A stretch of 64,000 bases of DNA from a virus. The translations under genes and the position numbers were made by a program. Positions 36,125-45,503 of the stretch are shown one piece after another. The stretch's first letter is position 1. Each line of letters starts with the position of its first letter. The notes under the pieces are model-generated. The model was not told the DNA's origin. It saw nothing but the letters and a program-made list of their open reading frames with translations, and made no database searches. The DNA lies in IMG/VR virus record IMGVR_UViG_3300046028_005277; one strand, given 5' to 3'.

Positions 36125-37144
36125 ATGAACAAATCCAAGTTATCAAGAGAGTATAGGAAGAAGTATGGCATGGATATGCCTACAAAATCCCTTGCCAAAG
36201 TAATGTACAAAGAGCATCCTTTGCTATTTATAAATCTTGAAGACGCAAGGGCCGCTTTACGAAGAATAGAGGGGAAGTCCGGAGTAAAAAATAGAGATGA
36301 AACCCTTAATAAGGAGTTCTTTCTTGAAGGCGAAAGACCTAAAAATCCTTATGCCCTTCCAAAAAGCGAAGAAAAGGAGTATCTTCCGTACATCATTGAG
36401 GGGTCACAGCGAATTGCGGCCCTTTTTGATGTCCACGCTCCCTATCACAGCATTGAGGCTCTCACAGCGGCTTTAAACTTCCTTTCAGACAAGGACATTA
36501 CGACATTGCTTATAGGAGGGGATTTCTTTGACTTCTACGGGATGAGCCGGTATGCCAAGGATCCTGATAAGCGCAACACGGCTGAGGAGATAAAGGTGGG
36601 CGTGGAGCTATTGCAAACAATATTTAATGAGCTTAGTCCTGAGAAGGTGGTGTTCAAATACGGCAATCACGATGAGCGTTTTGAGCATTACATTTGGCAG
36701 AAGTTCGCAGAAATTCCTCAATTGACAGACTTTGAGGAGATGAAGCAAATATCTCTTGAGACAATTCTGCGTAACAGGCTTGGCAAGGATTTCCCAATTG
36801 ACTTCGTTACGGACAAAAGGATAATAAGGGCAGGCAATTTGAGTATAGTTCATGGGCATGAGTTCCCTTCTGGCATCACTTCGCCTGTAAACATTGCTAG
36901 GGGGTTATACCTACGAGCCAAAGCGAACACAATTTGTGGACATTCGCACAAAAGCAGCGAGCATTCCGAAACAGACATTAATGGGCAAATGATTACAACA
37001 TGGTCAGTTGGCTCATTGTGTGAACTTCACCCTCTTTATATGCCAATTAATTCCTGGAATCATGGAGTGGCGTTAATAACGCTTGACGAGAGTGGTGTAG
37101 TAGATGTCCAGAACAAGAGGATTAAAAACGGGAGAATTGTTTAA
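36125..37144 (+). CDS. Calcineurin-like metallophosphoesterase
   Basis: DVHAPYH, GGDFFD, GNHDER, HGHE, GHSH motifs. Confidence 0.9.
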   Translation: MNKSKLSREYRKKYGMDMPTKSLAKVMYKEHPLLFINLEDARAALRRIEGKSGVKNRDETLNKEFFLEGERPKNPYALPKSEEKEYLPYIIEGSQRIAALFDVHAPYHSIEALTAALNFLSDKDITTLLIGGDFFDFYGMSRYAKDPDKRNTAEEIKVGVELLQTIFNELSPEKVVFKYGNHDERFEHYIWQKFAEIPQLTDFEEMKQISLETILRNRLGKDFPIDFVTDKRIIRAGNLSIVHGHEFPSGITSPVNIARGLYLRAKANTICGHSHKSSEHSETDINGQMITTWSVGSLCELHPLYMPINSWNHGVALITLDESGVVDVQNKRIKNGRIV

Positions 37145-37153
37145 ATTTGCGTT

Positions 37154-38479
37154 ATGGCACAATATACAGATTTTGGGTTTATGAGGCCGGAAGAAACGGA
37201 AGGAGGGGACGGCCCTATTAAGCAATTCTTCCAAAATCTATTTAATAGAAGGCAGGGAGGACTTGTGGGCGATGCCCCCGCAAGGCTTGTTAAGAAAGAG
37301 GAAGCTGCTTATGTATCACCTCCTTCAGAAAGTAACAGGGTTTATCCAGGAGATTTGTGGAAAAGACCTCCTATTGTTCCTAAAATAGACCCAAATAGAA
37401 GAGCCACTCCTGGTGCAATAACGGATGGTGAAAAAGAAGCTATTGAGCAAAACGAAAAAGAAAAGATGCTTGAATACATGAGGCATCCTTCTTACAAGGA
37501 AAGGCTTAAAAAAGAAATATTCTACGACAGCTTTAAGCCAAACGATAAAAGTCATAATAAAACAGTTGATGACGAGTATGAAAGAAGAATAAATGAAATA
37601 ACAGGCATCCCTATTTCAACGGGCAAGTTTAGTGAGGTGAAAGATTCTGAAATGCCTTATGCCCAATATTATCCAATGACTTCGCATCCAAGTTGGCTTC
37701 CTGGAGGATACAGAGGTGATTTAATGAAAAGGGGATTTCCTCAAATTGTAATGAGCGAGGATAATGCTTATAACAATGAGATTAACACTAACCCAAACCT
37801 ATATCGTCAGGTTCTTGGACACGAGCTTGGTCATGCTTCTCATGCTGGGACAATGGGCGGCCATGCGTATCATCCAAAAAGCAACGAAATCCCTTGGCCG
37901 AGCAAAGTGGAAGAAGAGCTTCAGAAACACGCAGAAAGCCCTTTGATGAACCAAAAGTATGCCATCAAAAGTATGTCCGACCAATATTTTAAAAACTCTC
38001 CAAACAAATGGAAGAACAGACAAATAGAACTTGCCACTCAAAAGTTAGGTCCAGAAAAAGTTCAAAAAATTCTTGAGACCCAAAATAAATTAATGACCGA
38101 ATACGAGGCGGTAAAAAAAGAAAAGGGCAGAAAATTTGCTGATTTGCAAGGGCCAAATTTTAATAGCAACCCTGAACTTCGTGATGTGCAAAACAATTAC
38201 ATTATGGATAGTTTAAACCAAAACGACACAGAGGTCGCTACACGAATGATTGGACTTCGTAGGCTTGCCGCTGAGAAGTTTGGGCACGACATGAACGAGG
38301 ACTTTGACATCAAGAAGTACAAGGACCAAATTCAGGACTACTTCAAAAAGAACGGGATGTTAGACGAGTACAAGCAAATATCTAAAGACCTTGAACTCTC
38401 TGACGACCAAATCAACGAGATGATGAAGTACATCGCTCGCAATCCATCACAAAAACAAACAGGCCTTTACACAGGCTAA
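37154..38479 (+). CDS. Protein with zincin-like metallopeptidase motif (probably virion-associated)
   Basis: LGHELGHASH (HExxH) and downstream TEVATRMIGLR. Confidence 0.55.
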   Translation: MAQYTDFGFMRPEETEGGDGPIKQFFQNLFNRRQGGLVGDAPARLVKKEEAAYVSPPSESNRVYPGDLWKRPPIVPKIDPNRRATPGAITDGEKEAIEQNEKEKMLEYMRHPSYKERLKKEIFYDSFKPNDKSHNKTVDDEYERRINEITGIPISTGKFSEVKDSEMPYAQYYPMTSHPSWLPGGYRGDLMKRGFPQIVMSEDNAYNNEINTNPNLYRQVLGHELGHASHAGTMGGHAYHPKSNEIPWPSKVEEELQKHAESPLMNQKYAIKSMSDQYFKNSPNKWKNRQIELATQKLGPEKVQKILETQNKLMTEYEAVKKEKGRKFADLQGPNFNSNPELRDVQNNYIMDSLNQNDTEVATRMIGLRRLAAEKFGHDMNEDFDIKKYKDQIQDYFKKNGMLDEYKQISKDLELSDDQINEMMKYIARNPSQKQTGLYTG

Positions 38480-38483
38480 TCCT

Positions 38484-39218
38484 ATGGCATACAGAATAGA
38501 AGGAACAGACCCTCCCGTTAGCTTTACGCCCATCAAGGGACTTACGGCTCCTACAAGGCAGGACACAGCAGATGTCGTGGCTCGAAGCGAGGCTACAAGG
38601 CTTGCTATTGAAAACGCTGTTGATGCAAGGGGAAGGCGAATGTACGAGCCTGACAAAACCAAGTCCAGAAAGAATAGTATGCCTGTAGATGCTGCTTTTG
38701 CAAAATTACAGAACGCTCGTAATTCCATAGCGGATAGAGAGGGAAGGAATTTTGTCACAATTCTTGATTCTGATCAAGGGAGGACTAAAAGTATTTTACC
38801 TTTTGGAGACTACGCACGGCAAGTAAGTCCTGAGAAGTTTGAACAAAAGGAAATTGAGGCACAAATTGTCAATCCCACAACACCTATGTCTCTATACGAT
38901 GCAAGGATTCAGCCTGACACGGTGTATTTGTACAGGCAACGGACAAAGAATGGCCTCACTCCAGACCTTGTAAGCGTTCCGGGATACACGCCTAGAATGC
39001 TTCAGCCTAAAGCCGCTCCTGAAATTGTTCAGCCCGTTCAAAGGCCAATGCAAAGAGTTCCAAAAAGAGAAAGCACGACAAGGGTTTCTTTTGGGACAGG
39101 CAACAACAGGCCTAACAATGATCCTGGCCAGGCAGGAAGAGGAAGGATGAGTAATAGGCTCCAAGGCCAGGGAGCTGTTTCATCTGTTTGGGATTCAATT
39201 AAAGGCATATTTGATTAA
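38484..39218 (+). CDS. Hypothetical protein (P/Q/R-rich tail)
   Basis: 244 aa ORF in the operon. Confidence 0.55.
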   Translation: MAYRIEGTDPPVSFTPIKGLTAPTRQDTADVVARSEATRLAIENAVDARGRRMYEPDKTKSRKNSMPVDAAFAKLQNARNSIADREGRNFVTILDSDQGRTKSILPFGDYARQVSPEKFEQKEIEAQIVNPTTPMSLYDARIQPDTVYLYRQRTKNGLTPDLVSVPGYTPRMLQPKAAPEIVQPVQRPMQRVPKRESTTRVSFGTGNNRPNNDPGQAGRGRMSNRLQGQGAVSSVWDSIKGIFD

Positions 39219-39227
39219 TTTTGTAAA

Positions 39228-40064
39228 ATGGCAGACAATAATTTCAAAGGAGGCCCAGGAGGGCGGCTGAAAAAGGAAGAGGAGAAGAACACTCTTTATG
39301 TGTCCAATCCTAATGATAAAAGATTGCAAGCATATAAAGACAGTTCTGCTCTTTATAATTATAGTGAACTGCAATCCAAAATTGAAGGAAAAACTCCAGC
39401 TCCACAATATTGGGGACCTAATAGCCGAAGTGGAAATTATTCTAAAATTACTCCAAGTTTAGAAGATAGGATAAAAAACTATAAATCTGATTGGGAAGAT
39501 GCAGAAAGAACTGGACATTCTCTTATTCCAAGGTATAAAAATTTGTCTAATTATACACAAAAACAGGAAGAACTATTCAAAACAACAAAAAAACTTGTTG
39601 ATACAAATAAAAATATAGGATATAATAATAATTTAAGTAGTCCAGATATTAGCCACAAGAAAATAAAACCTGTTGGTTATTATACTGGCACTGGCATAAA
39701 CGACATTTACAAAAAACCCGAACGGGAAGTAGTTTATCGGGAGCCTCCTCCAAAGCCTAAGCCACAAATAATTAGGCCAGTTGTTCGCCCTGTTGAACGC
39801 AATGCTCCCGAAAATATTGAACCCATTCAGCCTCGTCAAGCTACTTTTCCAGAAATAACCCAACCAGAAATAATTGCTCCTATAATGCGTCCTGTAAGCG
39901 TTCCAGAATCAACGCCTATGGAAGAGCCAATGATGGAAGAGGAGGTCGTTACAGAGCGTCCTGTGGTTCGTAAGCCACCAAGAGCCGTTATGCCTACAAG
40001 GCAAGGAGGCTGGGGTAATCAGCCGTTGCTAATGAAACTCTTTCCAAAAATTTACGAGAGATAA
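39228..40064 (+). CDS. Hypothetical protein (P-rich tail)
   Basis: 278 aa; YVSNPNDKRLQAYKDS motif. Confidence 0.55.
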   Translation: MADNNFKGGPGGRLKKEEEKNTLYVSNPNDKRLQAYKDSSALYNYSELQSKIEGKTPAPQYWGPNSRSGNYSKITPSLEDRIKNYKSDWEDAERTGHSLIPRYKNLSNYTQKQEELFKTTKKLVDTNKNIGYNNNLSSPDISHKKIKPVGYYTGTGINDIYKKPEREVVYREPPPKPKPQIIRPVVRPVERNAPENIEPIQPRQATFPEITQPEIIAPIMRPVSVPESTPMEEPMMEEEVVTERPVVRKPPRAVMPTRQGGWGNQPLLMKLFPKIYER

Positions 40065-40065
40065 T

Positions 40066-40098
40066 TTTGGAATTGTGAAATAACTTAGCCTATCTTTG
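40066..40098 (+). promoter_or_regulatory. Bacteroidota promoter
   Basis: TTTG-N21-TATCTTTG. Confidence 0.8.
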
Positions 40099-40102
40099 CA
40101 GA

Positions 40103-40208
40103 GCCGAAAGGCCGCTGGGTAGGAGCAGCGTTGTTTAAAACATTTCTTGTCCTTTGTCCGCTTAGTAAGGTCTCCTACCCTGAACGGCGAACAAAGGACA
40201 TTTTTTTT
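40103..40208 (+). ncRNA. Structured 5' leader RNA 1 (candidate kissing-loop attenuator)
   Basis: GCC-GAAA-GGC; CGCTG-[GGTAGGAG]-CAGCG; TGTCCTTTGT...ACAAAGGACA-T8 stem enclosing CTCCTACC. Confidence 0.6.
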
Positions 40209-40219
40209 AACAAAATTTT

Positions 40220-40435
40220 ATGAAGAATAATAACATCACAACAAAAATGTCTCACAACATTCACGATGAAAATGGAGAGTTAACTTATGAGATTGAAATG
40301 AGTAAAGAACATAAATCCATGTTTATTGAAGTTAAAATGCAGGATTGTTTTACTGGGCAGACAATGGTTGTAAAAATTCCATATTGGCCTATAAAAATGT
40401 TTATGAAGGCGGTGAACAAAATTCATTCAGCTTGA
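40220..40435 (+). CDS. Hypothetical protein
   Basis: 71 aa between the two leaders. Confidence 0.55.
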   Translation: MKNNNITTKMSHNIHDENGELTYEIEMSKEHKSMFIEVKMQDCFTGQTMVVKIPYWPIKMFMKAVNKIHSA

Positions 40436-40463
40436 TTTTTATTAAAAAAGTATAGTAAATTTG
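40431..40463 (+). promoter_or_regulatory. Bacteroidota promoter
   Basis: CTTG-N21-TAAATTTG. Confidence 0.7.
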
Positions 40464-40467
40464 TATT

Positions 40468-40596
40468 GGCGAAAGCCCCCGCTTGGAACCGGGAAAAAAT
40501 TATTATGGAAAATCTTAAACAAGCCCCTCTCGGCGTACCTGTGCAGTTTGTAATTTCTGCGTTCCAAACAGGGAAACCGAGAGGGGTTTTTGTTTT
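40468..40596 (+). ncRNA. Structured 5' leader RNA 2 (candidate kissing-loop attenuator)
   Basis: GGC-GAAA-GCC; CCCG-[CTTGGAAC]-CGGG; AAGCCCCTCTCGG...CCGAGAGGGGTTT stem enclosing GTTCCAA. Confidence 0.6.
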
Positions 40597-41385
40597 ATGA
40601 AAGAGCGTGATTCTATGATCTTGTACAGAAGTTTTTATGAGGCAATTATTGAATTGCCAGAAGCTAATCAGCTTGAAATTATGAAGGCCATATTTGAATA
40701 TGGATTCGATGGGGTTGAGCCAAAATTGTCTGGAATATCAAAAACAATATGGATTTTGATAAAGCCAAATATGGAAGCAAATCGAAGAAAGTGGGAGAAC
40801 GGATGCAAACCAAAACAGAAGCAAGTTGGAAGCAAAACAGAAGCAAACTTGGAGCAAGTTGAAAGCAAACCCGAAGGCAATGTATATGTAGATGTAGATG
40901 TAGAAGAAGATGTAGAAGAATACATTGGTAAAAAACCAAGCAAAAAGAAAGAAAGTAAAACATTTGTTGCTCCATCTTACGAAGAAGTGTTAGCCTACTT
41001 TGTTCAAAATGGTCAGCCGGAGGCTCAAGCCCGAAAGGCATTTGCTCATTACAACAATCACGATTGGATAGATAGCAAAGGTAACAAGGTGAAGAATTGG
41101 AAACAGAAGGTTCAGACTAATTGGTTTAAGGATGCTGATACCCCAGAGTTCAATCGTTCCATCAAAATGTCCAAGGAACAGGGTGATGCTCAAATGAACC
41201 GCTTTATTCAAAAAGGGTTCGATACACTTTCTGGAGAAGAGATTGAGTGGATTTATAATTGGCAACACAGAGATAGTTCGGCTTATATGCAATATCCAAA
41301 CGATATTCTACTAGCCGGAAGAACATCAAGGAAAACAAAGGGGCAGTGTGAAGCGGAAGATAGGAAAGCAGGATATGGATATTAA
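40597..41385 (+). CDS. Replication initiator (DUF6291-like N-terminus, lambda-O-like organisation)
   Basis: RDSMILYRSFYEAIIELP...IMKAIFEYGFDG; internal iterons; C-terminal PSYEEVLAYF...W.....KVKNWKQ. Confidence 0.75.
   Translation: MKERDSMILYRSFYEAIIELPEANQLEIMKAIFEYGFDGVEPKLSGISKTIWILIKPNMEANRRKWENGCKPKQKQVGSKTEANLEQVESKPEGNVYVDVDVEEDVEEYIGKKPSKKKESKTFVAPSYEEVLAYFVQNGQPEAQARKAFAHYNNHDWIDSKGNKVKNWKQKVQTNWFKDADTPEFNRSIKMSKEQGDAQMNRFIQKGFDTLSGEEIEWIYNWQHRDSSAYMQYPNDILLAGRTSRKTKGQCEAEDRKAGYGY
40811..40868 (+). repeat. Iteron array (probable origin of replication)
   Basis: AGCAA at 40820, 40831, 40842, 40853, 40864 (exact 11-bp period); CAAAACAGAAGCAA at 40811 and 40833. Confidence 0.7.
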
Positions 41386-43327
41386 GAAGTTTTCCGAAGT
41401 TCAGGCTATAGAGGGATTGCAGATAATTCCTGTTGATGGCAACAAAGTGCCAATTGCCAAAGATTGGCAGAAAGTAAAAACGCTATACGATTTTTCAAGG
41501 TTTCCAAGATTTGGCGGTATTGGTCTTGCTACCGGAAGCATCAGCGGAAATATTGAGGTAATAGACATTGACCAAAAGTATAGTCTTGATGGGAAACTTT
41601 TTGAAGAGTACAAAACTCTAATTGCAAAATCAAACAAGTCGCTTTTGTCAAAACTTGTTGTTAGTCGCACTCGTAGCGGTGGCTATCATTTTATTTACAA
41701 ATGTTCCGTGATTGAAGGGAATATTAAACTAGCAAGGCGTTTTACAACAGAAGAAGAAAGAGCCTCAAATTCTCACGATAAGGTGAGAGTTTTGATTGAG
41801 ACTCGTGGGGAAGGTGGTCAAATCGTGATTCCTCCAACGGAGGGTTATGAGATAATTTATGGATCTCTGTCTGATATTAAAACAATTTCTGTCGAAGAAA
41901 GGGATTTGTTATTTTTTTGTGCAAGGCAGTTAAACCAATATTTCCTTGTTGAACCGTCATTACCTCGGAGTCCAAAACCTCTGCCTTCCGCAGGGAGTGG
42001 CTTGTCTCCTGGGGATGACTATAACAACCGGGGAGATGTCTTGCAGTTGCTAGAATCTCATGGGTGGACTATTGTTGGCCAAAGCGGAAGTAAAATAAAT
42101 CTTAAAAGACCGGGCGATACCAATGCTGCAACTTCTGGGAACTACGATGAAGAGAAAGGTTGGTTTAGTGTATTTACTACATCAACAATATTTGAGCCTG
42201 AGAAAGCATACAGACCTTGGCATATTTTTACTTGGCTTGAATGCGATGGAGATTATGTTGAAGCTGCAAGAAAGCTAGGCGCAATGGGATATGGGGAGAA
42301 AAAGCCTGAGCCATCTGAGCAAATAATTAAACCATCATTTACTCACTCTGAGGGGAGAAAGCCGATTGATACGGAAACACTTTCGTTTCTTTCCAAAGAG
42401 GAAGATATTGATAATTATTTTCGCTCTGTTGTGGATGGGAGTTTTAAGATGGGTCTTCCAACTGGGTTTCCCGAATTGGATAAATACTTCCTTTTCAAAC
42501 AAGGCAATCTTGTGATTGTAAATGGCCATGCGAATGTTGGAAAAACCGTAGTTCTTTGGTATTTGTCTATGCTCACTGCTATTCAGCACAAATGGAAGTG
42601 GGTAATGCTTTGTTCAGAAAACTCGGCTGGAGGTATGAGAACAAAAATGGTTGAATATTATTGGAGCAGACCAATTCGTTTTCAATCTCCTGAACAACGG
42701 AAGGAAGCATACGAGTTTGTCAAAAACCATTTTTTCATCATTGACAATACCGAAAGCTATAATTACACTCAAGTTTTGGAAATGTTTTCTGCCGTTCATG
42801 CCAAGCACAATGTTCAAGGAGTTTTAATTGACACTTACAATAGTCTTGATGTTCCCGCCAAAGATGCTTACCAATACCATTATAGCACACTTAATGCTTT
42901 GCGTTATTGGGCAAAAGCAAACAAGGTAAGTGTTTATGTAAATGCCCACCCAGGAACAGGAGCAATGCGAATGAAAGATGCAGATGGATTTCCACTAGCT
43001 CCATTGATGGCTGATACGGAGCAGGGGAGTATGTTTGCTGCAAAAGCTGATGACTTTATTACCATCCATCGCAGACCTAATCATCCTGAAAAATGGAAAG
43101 AAACGGAAATTCATATCAGAAAAATTAAAGAAACCGAAACCGGTGGAAGACCTTCTCCATTTGAAGAGCCGTTTGTATTTCAGATGCATGATGGGTGTGG
43201 ATTTGCAACACTTCAAGGATTTAATCCTATTGCGAAATTGCGTAATACATCTCCCATTCCACAAGAAGAGCCAAAAAGTATAATAAATACAAAGTCTGGA
43301 TTTAATTTTGATGAAGCTCCATTCTGA
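41375..43327 (+). CDS. Bifunctional primase-polymerase fused to DnaB-like helicase
   Basis: GIGLATG...VIDID, TRSGGYHFIY (Prim-Pol); Walker A GHANVGKT, Walker B-like VLIDTYN. Confidence 0.85.
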   Translation: MDIKKFSEVQAIEGLQIIPVDGNKVPIAKDWQKVKTLYDFSRFPRFGGIGLATGSISGNIEVIDIDQKYSLDGKLFEEYKTLIAKSNKSLLSKLVVSRTRSGGYHFIYKCSVIEGNIKLARRFTTEEERASNSHDKVRVLIETRGEGGQIVIPPTEGYEIIYGSLSDIKTISVEERDLLFFCARQLNQYFLVEPSLPRSPKPLPSAGSGLSPGDDYNNRGDVLQLLESHGWTIVGQSGSKINLKRPGDTNAATSGNYDEEKGWFSVFTTSTIFEPEKAYRPWHIFTWLECDGDYVEAARKLGAMGYGEKKPEPSEQIIKPSFTHSEGRKPIDTETLSFLSKEEDIDNYFRSVVDGSFKMGLPTGFPELDKYFLFKQGNLVIVNGHANVGKTVVLWYLSMLTAIQHKWKWVMLCSENSAGGMRTKMVEYYWSRPIRFQSPEQRKEAYEFVKNHFFIIDNTESYNYTQVLEMFSAVHAKHNVQGVLIDTYNSLDVPAKDAYQYHYSTLNALRYWAKANKVSVYVNAHPGTGAMRMKDADGFPLAPLMADTEQGSMFAAKADDFITIHRRPNHPEKWKETEIHIRKIKETETGGRPSPFEEPFVFQMHDGCGFATLQGFNPIAKLRNTSPIPQEEPKSIINTKSGFNFDEAPF

Positions 43328-43745
43328 CCCCATCCAGCGGAAGTGGGACATCCTTCACACTTTCTGCTATTCGTACATCTGCCAACCTCCCCAGGAATAC
43401 TGGGAGGACGAAGAGTTTATGAAAGAGCGCAACGAATTGTTGGAATTAGTGGAAAATGATGTGCATAGAACAAACTGGAAACAACTCCTAAGTGCTAATT
43501 CGCAAACAAGGGTTATAACATTGAGCATAAGACACGCAAAAGATTTTTACGACTCTGAAGTCATTGGACAGGAAACGAAGCCTTACAGAGCGATTAAAGA
43601 GTATTTTAAAAGAGTGGATTGGGAGAGGGAAATGCTAAGAAGTGAAACACCGCCCCCGATTCAACATTTGATTTACTACATGAGCATTGGGGATGTGTAT
43701 CGTCCCTACACAGTAACAGAGAAGAAAGTAAAGAGAAAGAAATGA
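43311..43745 (+). CDS. Hypothetical protein
   Basis: Coupled to the helicase end. Confidence 0.55.
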   Translation: MKLHSDPIQRKWDILHTFCYSYICQPPQEYWEDEEFMKERNELLELVENDVHRTNWKQLLSANSQTRVITLSIRHAKDFYDSEVIGQETKPYRAIKEYFKRVDWEREMLRSETPPPIQHLIYYMSIGDVYRPYTVTEKKVKRKK

Positions 43746-44134
43746 TAGACTTACTAATCAATTTTGACAAAAATGAGGACAAGAATAAGTTGTTCTCCAT
43801 CCTCAAGCAGCTAAAAGGTAGCAATGCCATCAGCATCAAAAAGAACCGGGCAACAAGGTCTATGGCGCAATCAAGATTTTACTGGGGCGTAGTGATAGCA
43901 TATATCAGCGATGAGACAGGATACACCAAGGATGAGGCGCATCAGCTAATGCAGAGGCAGTTTCTCAAATACCCTAAACAAGTATCTGACGGAATAGAGG
44001 AGATGTTCGTACGATCCACCACTTCTCTCAACACTGCTGAGATGGAAGAATATGTTGAAAATATTCGCAGATTTGCCATATCAGAACTCGGCTGTTACAT
44101 CCCAGAGCCGAATGAAATAGTCTATGAAAAATAG
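43742..44134 (+). CDS. NinB/YbcN-like recombination protein
   Basis: RSMAQSRFYW...STTSLNTAEMEEYVE.IR..A...G..IPEP. Confidence 0.8.
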   Translation: MIDLLINFDKNEDKNKLFSILKQLKGSNAISIKKNRATRSMAQSRFYWGVVIAYISDETGYTKDEAHQLMQRQFLKYPKQVSDGIEEMFVRSTTSLNTAEMEEYVENIRRFAISELGCYIPEPNEIVYEK

Positions 44135-44519
44135 CAGAAAGCCATCTCCAAAGCCTCGTGTGGCAAGGACTCGCAACTCAGGAAGCGAAACACAAAGTAT
44201 GCATATGGGCAAAATCAGAAGTGCCTTGCGAAACATTTCCCGTTGGTGGAAGCCTTTCTCTGTTGCTTTAAAAGAAGCCTCGCACACGACATTCTCAGGA
44301 AAGGCGAAAAGGGTGTTATACCAATGTGCTGTGTGCAATAAGTTACACGGCAGAAAGAATGTGGAAGTGAATCACATTATTCCTGTTGGAAGTCTTAAAA
44401 CATATTCAGACCTACCAGGCTTCTGTGAGAGGTTGTTCGTTGAAGATGTTGCTCTTCTTGAGGTGGTTTGCAAGGACTGCCACGCAGTAATAACAAGCGA
44501 GCAGAGAAAGAAAATTTGA
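44124..44519 (+). CDS. HNH endonuclease
   Basis: YQCAVC...VEVNHIIPVG...LEVVCKDCH. Confidence 0.75.
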   Translation: MKNSRKPSPKPRVARTRNSGSETQSMHMGKIRSALRNISRWWKPFSVALKEASHTTFSGKAKRVLYQCAVCNKLHGRKNVEVNHIIPVGSLKTYSDLPGFCERLFVEDVALLEVVCKDCHAVITSEQRKKI

Positions 44520-44545
44520 CTTGTGAAATAATTGCAGTAGTTTTG
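44515..44545 (+). promoter_or_regulatory. Bacteroidota promoter
   Basis: TTTG-N19-TAGTTTTG. Confidence 0.75.
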
Positions 44546-44589
44546 TGCGCTATGCCGTATTACGAAATAGCAAATAAAATTTAGATAAT

Positions 44590-44862
44590 ATGCAATACCC
44601 ACAAGTAACGATGATTGAAACGAGGGTTCTCGTTTTGCCTGAGAAGGCGGCTGACTTTTACGATGAGAACAACCTTCTTGTCATTCCTGATTCAGCAAAG
44701 GAGTCTCCTCCACAAGGAGAAGTTATTGCCATTGGCGATAAAGTGGAAGTTGTCCAAAAGGGCAACAAGGTTCTTTACACCAAAGGAGCTGGCATCCGTG
44801 CTGAGTTCAACAAGGTGGAATATCTCATTATGAGGGAACACGACATTCACTGTATTCTTTAA
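44590..44862 (+). CDS. groES: Co-chaperonin GroES
   Basis: RVLV...LVIPDSAKESP..GEVIAIG...G.KVLY...G......EYLIMREHDI. Confidence 0.9.
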   Translation: MQYPQVTMIETRVLVLPEKAADFYDENNLLVIPDSAKESPPQGEVIAIGDKVEVVQKGNKVLYTKGAGIRAEFNKVEYLIMREHDIHCIL

Positions 44863-45503
44863 TGGCATTTGTAGCGAAATACACGGAAAGTCTTAGCCCG
44901 ATAAGGGAGTACCTTGTAGAAATTGCCGGTATTTACAAGGACACAATTGAATTTGGGACACTCCTATTGCACAGCCCAAGCAATATTTATAATGAAACGA
45001 ATGGCTTGTGTGAGGAGGGGACCATTGTCAAGGCTCCCTTATTGGGTGAACATAATGAGACAATAATTGGCAAGAAAGCCACCTTTTGGTTTTCTGAAGC
45101 TCACTCTGTGTACAAGGGACATACGCCAAAGATTGATGGGCATTTGCTTGTTCTTCCTGATTCCATCATCTCCGTAGATGGGGAGATGGCAGGGGAATAC
45201 ATTTATTGCAAGCCTATTGAGACAGCCAGGTCTGCATCAGGAATCATCATCCCCAATATTGAACTGGTAAGTATAGACACTCTACAGAAGCCTCGGCAGA
45301 ATGTAAGAGAGTTCTACACAGACAGAGGTGTTGTATCCGGGAAGAATAAACACTATCCCGAAGGCACTATTCTATTCTGGGGACATGAGGCTAATGTAAG
45401 GCTTGGATGGAAAGAGGGATTCCTTGTGAGAAAGCGAATGGTGTTGTGTCACGGAGAGGATGCCAAGAGGATGACATTCGTGAAGAACAAACCTGTAAGA
45501 TGA
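44862..45503 (+). CDS. Divergent GroES-like protein (possibly two domains)
   Basis: RSASGIIIP mobile-loop motif and EGTIVKAP; coupled to groES. Confidence 0.55.
   Translation: MAFVAKYTESLSPIREYLVEIAGIYKDTIEFGTLLLHSPSNIYNETNGLCEEGTIVKAPLLGEHNETIIGKKATFWFSEAHSVYKGHTPKIDGHLLVLPDSIISVDGEMAGEYIYCKPIETARSASGIIIPNIELVSIDTLQKPRQNVREFYTDRGVVSGKNKHYPEGTILFWGHEANVRLGWKEGFLVRKRMVLCHGEDAKRMTFVKNKPVR

Noticed and set aside
44124-44519. HNH as the cognate restriction partner of the MTase
   Set aside because: Far away in a recombination/packaging context next to NinB; more like a resolvase or packaging-associated HNH.
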